Source: an uncultured bacterium (GTDB lineage: Bacteria; Auribacterota; UBA6266). From it: a stretch of DNA of 38,257 bases. A program made the translations under genes and the position numbers. The notes below the pieces were generated by a model. The model searched no databases, was not told where the DNA came from, and saw only the letters and a program-made list of their open reading frames with translations. Positions 28,634-36,305 of the stretch are shown piece by piece; within the stretch, counting starts at the first letter, position 1; each line of letters opens with the position of its first letter. The stretch covers positions 1-38,257 of the forward strand of contig CBDURG010000001.1 of NCBI GenBank assembly GCA_965369805.1, in the 5' to 3' direction.

Positions 28634-28663
28634 GACAAATTGTAATTTATATTGACAAATTGT
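28634..28663. promoter_or_regulatory. tandem 10-nt direct repeat, candidate antitoxin operator
   Basis: GACAAATTGT occurs at 28634-28643 and 28654-28663 (20-nt period), upstream of the toxin-remnant/antitoxin pair. Confidence 0.3.
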
Positions 28664-28787
28664 CCAAAAAAAAGGCCTATAATTATCCCTTAAAGGGCAG
28701 CCTTTTCGAATCTTTATTCAATTCCGCTTTAAATCCTCTTACAGAGAAATCGAGAGACGGTTCACTTAACTTCTGGTGGGAAAGAAA

Positions 28788-28853
28788 GTGATTACAACGG
28801 GAAGTGAAGAAAATGGGGAGAGTCCCAAGCGAGCGCAACGAGCGGGTGGACTG
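28788..28853 (+). repeat. structured terminator-like repeat, copy B (interrupted by the group II intron; tail resumes at 30746)
   Basis: GTGATTACAACGGGAAGTGAAGAAAATGGGGAGAGTCCCAAGCGAGCGCAACGAGCGGGTGGACTG, then the intron, then TCCCTATTT at 30746. Collinear with copy A. Confidence 0.8.
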
Positions 28854-28886
28854 GTCGAGTAGACGTTTATTTCAACGCCCCTCACA

Positions 28887-28919
28887 GAACCGTACTTGAG
28901 GTTTTCCCTCATACGGCTC
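28887..28919 (-). ncRNA. group II intron domain V (catalytic hairpin)
   Basis: Matches the canonical GAGCCGUAU...GAAA...GUACGGUUC architecture with the AGC triad. Confidence 0.8.
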
Positions 28920-28934
28920 TTCAGTAAATCTCAC

Positions 28935-30272
28935 TCAACATGTAACTTTGTAAAAGCTGTGAACAATGCGTGGTCGTGGTAACGGAAACTTCTTCAGGTA
29001 CGCGTTATACTGCGCCATATTGAAGGATTTCTTCTGACTTCGTCTATTCATCCATTTAAACACCATCCATATCACTCGATAGTAGAACTCCTGCATACTC
29101 CTGAAGTTCTCACTTACTCCGTAATATTGATAGTGCCCTCTCAGTTTAGACACAAGAAGCTTCCACCAATCTTTTGCTTTGGTGCCGCTGACTTCTTTAA
29201 GCCACTCCTTCATTTTCCGACAGGCTAGTCGAAATTTCTTTGACGCTGTTTTACGACATACCTTAAACTTCCCTTTCTTGCTTTTTCCACAATAGTGAGT
29301 AAATCCAAGAAAATTAAATGTGTTCATTCTGCGCTGTTGTTTCTTAGCGTTCTCCTTCTCATATCGCCCAAAACTTTTCACACCTGTCTTCTCGGAATGC
29401 AGCTCCAGTTCATATTCTTCAAACCTCTTCTGCATTAGTCTCATGATTTCCTCTGCCTCTGCTTTATACTGCACCAGTATGACAAAGTCATCACAATATC
29501 TCACTAAATAACACTGCCCTTTCATATGCGGTTTGATTTCCTCCTCAAACCATTCATCGAGTACATAGTGCAAATATACATTCGCCAATAACGGACTTAT
29601 ATTCCCTCCTTGCGGAGTCCCCTTCTTTGTCTCATAAAACACATCATCTTCCTTGTATCCTGCTATCAAGAATCGTCTGATGTACCTCAGAAACCTTTCA
29701 TCCGTTATTCTTTTCCTTATCAATTCTATGAGTTTATCATGTGGTACATTATCAAAAAATCCCTTGATGTCCGCTTCTATCACATGGTTTATTGGCTTAA
29801 AATTGATAAGTTCTCCAACTTGCTTTAACGCGGCATGACATCCTGTCCGTCGTCGAAATCCATACGAACAATCCAGATAATACTGCTCATAAATCGCTTC
29901 CATTATACGACTCATTACCTTCTGCACCATCTTGTCCTCTACCGTCGGTAATCCTAATGGCCGTCGACTATTCTTATCTTTTGGAATATACACTCGCCTT
30001 GTCGGCTGTGGCCTGTATCCCATTCGTCTCATACGTTCTAGCAAGTCTTTGATGTTGGCGTTTAGTTCTTTACCGTACTCTTCCCAGCTTACTCCGTCTA
30101 TTCCCCCCGCTCGGTTCCTGCCAAGCCACTGAAGGAAACTCATCTCAAGTGAGCCTTCATTAACTAAATGCATTAAGTTATTAAACTTAATACAGGGCTC
30201 CCTGGATGCACGCTGTGATATGAGGTGCAATTTCTTTAACACTTCTTTTGCCATTTCAGGGTATGACTCCAT
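28935..30272 (-). CDS. group II intron reverse transcriptase/maturase (no endonuclease domain seen)
   Basis: 445 aa. RT blocks (RRVYIPK, RPLGLPTVEDK, GTPQGGNISPLLANVYL, YCDDFVIL), X/maturase (LRGHYQYYG). Ends without an HNH motif. Confidence 0.93.
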   Translation of the reverse strand: MESYPEMAKEVLKKLHLISQRASREPCIKFNNLMHLVNEGSLEMSFLQWLGRNRAGGIDGVSWEEYGKELNANIKDLLERMRRMGYRPQPTRRVYIPKDKNSRRPLGLPTVEDKMVQKVMSRIMEAIYEQYYLDCSYGFRRRTGCHAALKQVGELINFKPINHVIEADIKGFFDNVPHDKLIELIRKRITDERFLRYIRRFLIAGYKEDDVFYETKKGTPQGGNISPLLANVYLHYVLDEWFEEEIKPHMKGQCYLVRYCDDFVILVQYKAEAEEIMRLMQKRFEEYELELHSEKTGVKSFGRYEKENAKKQQRRMNTFNFLGFTHYCGKSKKGKFKVCRKTASKKFRLACRKMKEWLKEVSGTKAKDWWKLLVSKLRGHYQYYGVSENFRSMQEFYYRVIWMVFKWMNRRSQKKSFNMAQYNAYLKKFPLPRPRIVHSFYKVTC

Positions 30273-30787
30273 GTTTACTTGCTCCCTCTGCGTTTTACTG
30301 CTAACCCCTTCGAGTGGGTTTTCCCCTCATAAGGCATTACCCTTATTACTCCTCTACTATGAGTTAGTCCGAATACCAATACATCATACTGTCTCCTCAC
30401 TTCTTCAGCTTGTTAACAGCTTATTAAGAAATGTATCGGGCCTCCCAAGTTCCAACTTAGACATACTGCATTGCCCTCTGCGGACTACGACCCCGGCAGG
30501 ACTCCATGCACTCACCATATTCATGCATCTCGTGGTTGGCTTCAGGTTAGGGAACACCCTCGCCCACTGCGATTGAAATTTCGAGGCTCAATACCTTCAC
30601 TTGCGTTACAGTTGACAATCTCCTTCCCTCCGGCTCCATGCAGTTCGTTACCTCCCTGCATGCAGAGTTCCGTACCAACCAACTGGTGGTTAGCCGTTAG
30701 TCGGGCGGTTTTACCGCTTGCCTAAATTAGCTTTGCTTGGCGCACTCCCTATTTCCCTCTATTTCCCTTGCCCAAAGCTATAAATTT

Positions 30788-31399
30788 CTAGATTTTAATA
30801 AATGCTTTAAGGAATTTCGGCCTTGCGTAAAATGCTCTGGAAGTTGAGCCGTGGCCTGCACCTTTTGTGCGTGGTTGAATATAAACTCCCATCTTCCCAG
30901 TTAAGGCATTAAAACCTTTACGCGGGTTAAGGAGTGTATTTCTAACCAAATCATAATCTGATTTTACTGCTTCGTAAAGATTCCCTTGTAGATTAAATTC
31001 TGTTACGGAGTAGATGTAGGTAGGCTCGTCAACACTATTACCGACTGTCCGGGCAATCACAACTGCCTTCATAAGCTTTGCTAATAGATGGCTTTCTTCA
31101 AATTCTTTCTGGCAAACATTTACAGGATCTATCATTGTAATTGCCATTGTTTCTTTAAATGCTATCTTACCATCTTTCTTATATTTCAAAGGAATAGATT
31201 TTAGTTCCCATGACCCAAAATTGGGAGACCGTGCAGAATTGATAGGAAGCCCCAAATATCGTTCAAAAACATGCCCTGCCCACCCTTTATTGACCTTTTT
31301 CCCTTTATAAATAGTAATCCCATATTTCTTTGCAAGTTCGTGAAGCTCTTGCCCCACAAGTTGCTTAAGTTTTTGAACTGCTTCTACTCTTTCCATCAA
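30788..31399 (-). CDS. MutH/Sau3AI-family GATC endonuclease-like protein
   Basis: 203 aa, collinear by eye with E. coli MutH. NKGWAGHVFERYLG matches DKGWIGVLLEIWLG, WELKSIP matches VELKTIP, YIQPRTKGAG matches YLQIRPKAAN, and RAFYARPKFLKAFI matches RGFYLKKNFTSALL. Confidence 0.8.
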   Translation of the reverse strand: MMERVEAVQKLKQLVGQELHELAKKYGITIYKGKKVNKGWAGHVFERYLGLPINSARSPNFGSWELKSIPLKYKKDGKIAFKETMAITMIDPVNVCQKEFEESHLLAKLMKAVVIARTVGNSVDEPTYIYSVTEFNLQGNLYEAVKSDYDLVRNTLLNPRKGFNALTGKMGVYIQPRTKGAGHGSTSRAFYARPKFLKAFIKI

Positions 31400-31405
31400 A
31401 TTTCC

Positions 31406-32248
31406 CTAAGGTAAAAATCCATATTCCTCGGTTGGTTCTTTAATTGAAGCAAGCAACTTATTACCTTCCAAAGCATCTATTAATCGTGGTTTTGCCAAAT
31501 TTTTAAGGTAGTCTTTTTCATTATCAATGCCGACAAACTTTCTATTATGTCTTAAAGCTGCTACTCCAGTTGTGGCACTTCCGCAGAATGGGTCTAAAAC
31601 AATATCACCCTTTTTACTACTAGATAAGATAATTCGTTCAAGAAGAGCTTCCGGTTTCTGAGTGGGATGTTTGCCGTATTTTTTCTCACCATTCTTTGGC
31701 GTCGTGATAGCCCAAACACTTCTCATTTGCTTTTCAGGTTTTTTTATAAAATCTCCGTCCCACTGTCCATTTTTAACTGTTTTATAATTAAAGGCATGTT
31801 TTGCAGTCTTTTCCTTTCTCACCCAAATCAATGTTTCATGGCTTGCTGTAAACATACGACAAGCCAAATTCGGAGCTGCATTAGGCTTGTACCAACAAAT
31901 ATCATTAATCAAGTGCCAACCTTGCTTTTGCAAGGCAAATCCACAAACATATATAGAGTGGTATGTACCGGAAATCCATAACGAACCATTCGGCTTAAGA
32001 ACCCTGCGACACGCTTCAATCCATCTATAATGAAATTGAAAATCTTCTTCTATCCCTTTGCTTTTATCCCATTTCCCTTTATTTACGCTAACCCGTTTCC
32101 CTGCATGACAAGTAAATCCACCATTTGACAAATTATATGGAGGATCAGCAAAAATCAGATCAATACACTCATTTGGAAGCGCATTCAATGTCTCTACGAC
32201 ATCACCTTTGTATAATCTCACATTTTTTTCTGAATAATAGGCTTGCAT
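31406..32248 (-). CDS. beta-class N6-adenine DNA methyltransferase, DpnA (M2.DpnII)/GATC-type
   Basis: 280 aa. Motif IV DLIFADPPYNLSNGG precedes motif I VLDPFCGSATTG. KHPTQKPE..LERII and WISG..H..Y blocks closely parallel DpnA as I recall it. Confidence 0.88.
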   Translation of the reverse strand: MQAYYSEKNVRLYKGDVVETLNALPNECIDLIFADPPYNLSNGGFTCHAGKRVSVNKGKWDKSKGIEEDFQFHYRWIEACRRVLKPNGSLWISGTYHSIYVCGFALQKQGWHLINDICWYKPNAAPNLACRMFTASHETLIWVRKEKTAKHAFNYKTVKNGQWDGDFIKKPEKQMRSVWAITTPKNGEKKYGKHPTQKPEALLERIILSSSKKGDIVLDPFCGSATTGVAALRHNRKFVGIDNEKDYLKNLAKPRLIDALEGNKLLASIKEPTEEYGFLP

Positions 32249-32308
32249 CAGTTTGTCTCTTTTTTTAGATTATCTAATAACTAATAAAATACATTCCTCG
32301 AAAACATA

Positions 32309-32641
32309 TTAACATAAATCAAACACTTCTCCATCTTCTAACGTAAAGAAAAAAGGGACAGTCCACCCGCTCACTGCGCTCGCTTGGGACTTTTCCCATT
32401 TTCTTATAAAACCCTTCCAATTTCTCGAATCTGTATGTGTCATGTTTCTAAACGTGCCAAATTTCTTTAATACACCACGCGCCAAATCAATAGCACTAAT
32501 TCCGGGCGTTCCGGTGCGCAAAAGAATGGCCAGAAGCTCTGAATTACTTAAACTCCGAGTGCCTTTCTTTAACAGTTTTTCTCGTGGCCTGTCATCTACC
32601 GGCCAATTTTTTATGCCTGTTGATTTCTTCTCTTTTACCAT
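32309..32641 (-). pseudogene. radC: radC N-terminal fragment (JAB domain missing) fused in frame to repeat copy C
   Basis: WPVDDRPREKLLKKGTRSLSNSELLAILLRTGTPGISAIDLARGVLKKFGT is the RadC HhH N-terminus. After about residue 62 (near 32455) the frame reads through unrelated DNA and the repeat (KWEKSQASAVSGWTVP) to a stop. Confidence 0.7.
32354..32405 (-). repeat. structured terminator-like repeat, copy C (core only, inverted relative to A and B)
   Basis: The reverse complement reads AAGAAAATGGGAAAAGTCCCAAGCGAGCGCAGTGAGCGGGTGGACTGTCCCT followed by TTTTTC. Two mismatches to the copy A core by eye. Confidence 0.8.
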
Positions 32642-32672
32642 TCTCTTCTCTGTTCTTTCCTTAAAATGCTAA

Positions 32673-33281
32673 TTAAAGCATGTCCGACAAATCTACAGGG
32701 TCACGCATTCCTTCTGTGGCTTCTTCTTTATCAAAATGTTCTGGATCAAAATCCCCAGCCCATTCTTTCATTTCCTCATATTCATCATGCTTAGGGTCCG
32801 CAAGTATTTCAAGTAATCGATAATATCCGGGCGTCGATCCACAATCTTCTGGTGGACACGCACGAGCGCCAGTTATACAACGAGGGTATTTCGCTCCTTT
32901 TTCTACGGACTCGATATCTTCTAATACTATTGTGTGTTCCCAATTATCGCCGAAATCGTATACATAACTGAGTTTTGTCTTGTCTTCAGAAAAATAGTCT
33001 CTGATTTTTTTATTCTTTTCTTCCCATTGAGGAGGATCTCCCAATTCACACGATTCCTCACTTGTATTACCTATTCTAAAATTTCCATCATTGAATTCAT
33101 GCAAATGTGAATTTGTCCAGCCCATCGCTTCTTGGATGATTAAATGAAATTGATAAAATATAATATCGCTCTCAACCTCTATCAATCTCCATATTTGAGG
33201 AAGAATTTCATCAAGAATGATTTTGAACTTGAATATTTTCTTTGTCATAATCCTTGACCCCCTTTTCTTCTCTTCCCTCAC
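32673..33281 (-). CDS. pRiA4b ORF-3-like (plasmid/IS passenger) family protein
   Basis: 202 aa. Hallmark YVYDFGDNWEH block and C-terminal CPPEDCGS...Y motif. The start may be the internal MTKKIFKF. Confidence 0.8.
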   Translation of the reverse strand: MREEKKRGSRIMTKKIFKFKIILDEILPQIWRLIEVESDIIFYQFHLIIQEAMGWTNSHLHEFNDGNFRIGNTSEESCELGDPPQWEEKNKKIRDYFSEDKTKLSYVYDFGDNWEHTIVLEDIESVEKGAKYPRCITGARACPPEDCGSTPGYYRLLEILADPKHDEYEEMKEWAGDFDPEHFDKEEATEGMRDPVDLSDML

Positions 33282-33467
33282 AAACGCCGAAACAGCGTAA
33301 ATCCCCGGGACAGCTACCGTAATTCCCCAACATTTGGAGGTATTTTAACACAGAGGAAGGAGAGATACAACGGTTAGAAAAGGTTGTTAAAGAAAACCCT
33401 TAACAAAGTAGGATTATTCATGTAGTTTGTTATTTTCGGATTCTTATTAGAATTTAGTTATAGTGCT

Positions 33468-34841
33468 ATGATAAAAAGAATATTTAAAAACACATCTTTG
33501 GACAGAAACCTCACAAGCGGAAGCATTGCCGCTCACATATGGTTTTTATCTCTGCCGATCATCGCCACAAACCTTTTCCAGGCTTTGTTCAATTTGATAG
33601 ATATGTTCTGGGTCGGCAAACTCGGCTCGGATGCCATTGCCGCTGTCGCCATGAGCGGCACCATATTAATGATTGTCATGTTTCTCATGATAGGAATTGG
33701 CGCCGGGACCACCGCCATTATATCCCGCTTTATCGGCGCAAAGAAAAATGCTCACGCAGACAACACTGCCATGCAATCGGTAACCATGGCTTTTTTTATG
33801 TCGGTTATTCTTTCAATTGCCGGTTATATCTGCAGCCCGTACCTGCTTGAAATTTTAGGCGCGGCCCCCGAAGTTGCCGCATACGGAACAGGCTATCTTC
33901 AGATAATGTTTATATCAATATTTATAATGTTCTTCCTGTTCCTGATATCGGCCATATTTCAAGGCGCGGGGGACGTAAAAACACCTATGCTGTTACTGGC
34001 TTTTTCAACTGTTATTAATATAATATTAGACCCTCTTTTAATATTCGGCATCGGGCCTTTTCCCTGCCTTGGAATAAACGGCGCCGCCTGGGCAACTGTC
34101 ATATCAAGGGCTGTAGGATCAATCATCGCACTTGAAATATTACTAAAAGGAAGATCCCTGATACATGTGCGCCTTAACGAGTACAAACTGGATTTCAATA
34201 TAATGTGGAGAATACTTAAAATAGGCATTTCTTCTTCCGCGCAAATGAGTTTCAGAGGTTTTATGAACCTTGCCATAATGGCTCTTGTGGCATCATTCGG
34301 AACGTTTGCCGTCGCGGCATACGGAATAGGAATAAGGCTTGAAATGATAGTTTTAATGCCCGGCTTTGGATTCGCGGGAGCCGCCGCGACCTTAGTCGGG
34401 CAAAACCTCGGAGCAAAAGATTCATTACGAGCAGAAAAAAGCGGTTGGTTTTCAGTGTTTTATTACACTATTTTCATGGCTATTATGGCACTAATCTTTA
34501 TTTGTTTCGCCCCGAATCTTATATCAATCTTTAACAACAATCCTGAAGTTATTGAAATCGGAGCTTTCTATCTTAAAATAATGGCTTTAACCTTTATCTT
34601 TACATCAATTTCAATGCCGCTTAACAGGTCTTTAATCGGCGCAGGGGATACCTTCCCCGCCATGATATTCACTTTTATAGGATTATGGCTGGTTTTAGTT
34701 CCCGCAGCATTCTACTTTTCAAAATATACTTCTTCAGGGCTTAAGGGAATCTGGTATGCAATGAGTATTTCATCATTTGTAATGGCACTGATGTATTCAG
34801 CTTATTTTAAATCAGGCAGGTGGAAATTAAAGAAAGTTTAA
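33468..34841 (+). CDS. MATE family efflux transporter
   Basis: 457 aa, 12 predicted TM segments. N-terminal LSLPIIATNLFQALFNLIDMFWVGKLG signature. Confidence 0.9.
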   Translation: MIKRIFKNTSLDRNLTSGSIAAHIWFLSLPIIATNLFQALFNLIDMFWVGKLGSDAIAAVAMSGTILMIVMFLMIGIGAGTTAIISRFIGAKKNAHADNTAMQSVTMAFFMSVILSIAGYICSPYLLEILGAAPEVAAYGTGYLQIMFISIFIMFFLFLISAIFQGAGDVKTPMLLLAFSTVINIILDPLLIFGIGPFPCLGINGAAWATVISRAVGSIIALEILLKGRSLIHVRLNEYKLDFNIMWRILKIGISSSAQMSFRGFMNLAIMALVASFGTFAVAAYGIGIRLEMIVLMPGFGFAGAAATLVGQNLGAKDSLRAEKSGWFSVFYYTIFMAIMALIFICFAPNLISIFNNNPEVIEIGAFYLKIMALTFIFTSISMPLNRSLIGAGDTFPAMIFTFIGLWLVLVPAAFYFSKYTSSGLKGIWYAMSISSFVMALMYSAYFKSGRWKLKKV

Positions 34842-34895
34842 TCTTTTCCACTTCTTCAACAGTTAAGTGAACTGTCCCCCGAACGCCAGAACTCA

Positions 34896-36305
34896 TTATC
34901 TTCTATTACGTCCTTCCAAATCTTTTTTTCTCGGCTTCCGTTTTATAGGAGTTGGGTATATTCCCGTAAAGCAGGCGTTACAAAACTCTTTTCCGGGAAT
35001 CTGCATTGACTTAAGCATTCCTTCCAGGCTTAAATATTTCAGAGAGTCAACACCAATAAATTTTCCAATCTCTTTTTCGCTTAACCTGAAAGCTATAAGC
35101 TCTTTTTTGGTGGGAAAATCTATACCGTAATAACAGGGAGAGATAAGAGGAGGACAGCTGATCCTCATGTGAATTTCTTTCGCGCCGGCTTTTCTCAGGG
35201 CCCTTACCCTTCCTTTCGAAGTAGTTCCTCTTACAATAGAATCCTCAACGATAACAATTCTTTTGTCTTTTATAATACCCCCTACCGGGTTAAGTTTTAC
35301 CTTTACCTTAAAATCACGCGACAACTGCGAAGGCTGAATAAAGGTTCTGCCGACATAATGATTTCTAACCATAGCCATCTCAAGAGGAAGTCCCGATTCT
35401 TCCGCGTAACCAAGCGCGGCAATAGTCCCCGAATCGGGAACAGGCATTATAAAATCCGCGTCGACGGGATACTCTCTTGCGAGTGCCCGGCCCAGGTTCT
35501 TTCTCGTTTCATATACACTCCCTCTAAAAATAGAACTGTCGGGACGGGCAAAATATATATTTTCAAAAATACAAAAAGCGTGCTTTTCATCTCTCGCGAA
35601 ATCTATAGACTTAACTCCATCATTATCTATTCTTACTATTTCTCCAGGTTCAATATCCCTGATATAAGACGCCCCCATAATATCCAGCGCGCAGGTTTCG
35701 CTTACCAGGACGTAAGCTCCGTCGATTTTCCCAAGACAAAGAGGCTTAAAACCCCGCGGGTCTCTCATTCCAAAAAGACAGTTATTCGCCATCATTACAA
35801 AGCTGTAGGCACCTTCAAGCTGGAGCAGTGATTTTTTAAATCTCTCTTCAATGCTTTTTTCGGCATCCTTGACCAGCAGATGCAAAACAATTTCACTGTC
35901 CATGCCGGTTTGAAAAATTGACCCTTCATTTTCAAGCTGTGCTCGCAGTTTTTTCGAATTGGTTAAATTACCGTTATGCGCGACAGACAGATAGCCTCTC
36001 TTATTATGCACGGTAAATGGCTGGGCGTTTCTTATATCGCTGGTTCCCGTAGTAGAATACCTGACATGGCCTACAGCCAGGTTTCCCTTAAGTTTTTTCA
36101 ACTCTGTTTCTTTGAAAACATCCCCCACCAGTCCCATTCCTTTATGAGAACAAACTATTTTGCCGTTAAACGAGGCAATACCGCATGACTCTTCACCTCT
36201 GTGCTGAAGCGCGTAAAGAGCAAGGTAGGCCAGACGGGCAGCATTTTTATGCCCGAACACGCCAACCACTCCGCAACTGTCTTTTATAGCCGGGGGATTT
36301 CTCAT
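34896..36305 (-). CDS. purF: amidophosphoribosyltransferase
   Basis: 469 aa. Propeptide followed by the Ntn Cys (SCGVVGVFG), PRPP loop (VIVEDSIVRGTT), C-terminal Fe-S cysteines. Start overlaps the carB stop by 4 nt. Confidence 0.95.
   Translation of the reverse strand: MRNPPAIKDSCGVVGVFGHKNAARLAYLALYALQHRGEESCGIASFNGKIVCSHKGMGLVGDVFKETELKKLKGNLAVGHVRYSTTGTSDIRNAQPFTVHNKRGYLSVAHNGNLTNSKKLRAQLENEGSIFQTGMDSEIVLHLLVKDAEKSIEERFKKSLLQLEGAYSFVMMANNCLFGMRDPRGFKPLCLGKIDGAYVLVSETCALDIMGASYIRDIEPGEIVRIDNDGVKSIDFARDEKHAFCIFENIYFARPDSSIFRGSVYETRKNLGRALAREYPVDADFIMPVPDSGTIAALGYAEESGLPLEMAMVRNHYVGRTFIQPSQLSRDFKVKVKLNPVGGIIKDKRIVIVEDSIVRGTTSKGRVRALRKAGAKEIHMRISCPPLISPCYYGIDFPTKKELIAFRLSEKEIGKFIGVDSLKYLSLEGMLKSMQIPGKEFCNACFTGIYPTPIKRKPRKKDLEGRNRR

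Larger units (their letters stand above)
28854..30745 (-). mobile_element. bacterial group II intron (about 1.9 kb) with RT/maturase ORF in domain IV
   Basis: 5' end GUGCGCC (30745 downward). Domain V GAGCCGUAUGAGGGAAAACCUCAAGUACGGUUC (28887-28919). Domain VI with bulged A, 3' end ...CGUCUACUCGAC. Boundaries were fixed by comparison with the uninterrupted repeat copy A (GGACTG|TCCCTATTT). Confidence 0.9.

Noticed and set aside
30220-30725. Plus-strand ORFs 30220-30576 and 30471-30725.
   Set aside because: They lie antisense within ribozyme domains I-III of the group II intron and have low-complexity Ser/Leu/Pro-rich products. Spurious.
28854-30745. Assigning the intron to bacterial class C (terminator-targeting).
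   Set aside because: It is compact and En-less like class C. However, the target stem-loop lies in the 3' exon and the insertion is within the stem, not downstream of a 5'-exon hairpin. Class cannot be assigned without structural or phylogenetic analysis.
28760-34872. An 11-nt inverted match (GTTCACTTAAC at 28760-28770, reverse complement at 34862-34872) as possible terminal inverted repeats of a 6-kb island that would include the MATE gene.
   Set aside because: It is too short to distinguish from chance. The MATE-purF junction otherwise looks like core genome. It is kept only as a note, together with the 12-nt repeat-tail-like remnant at 34867-34878.
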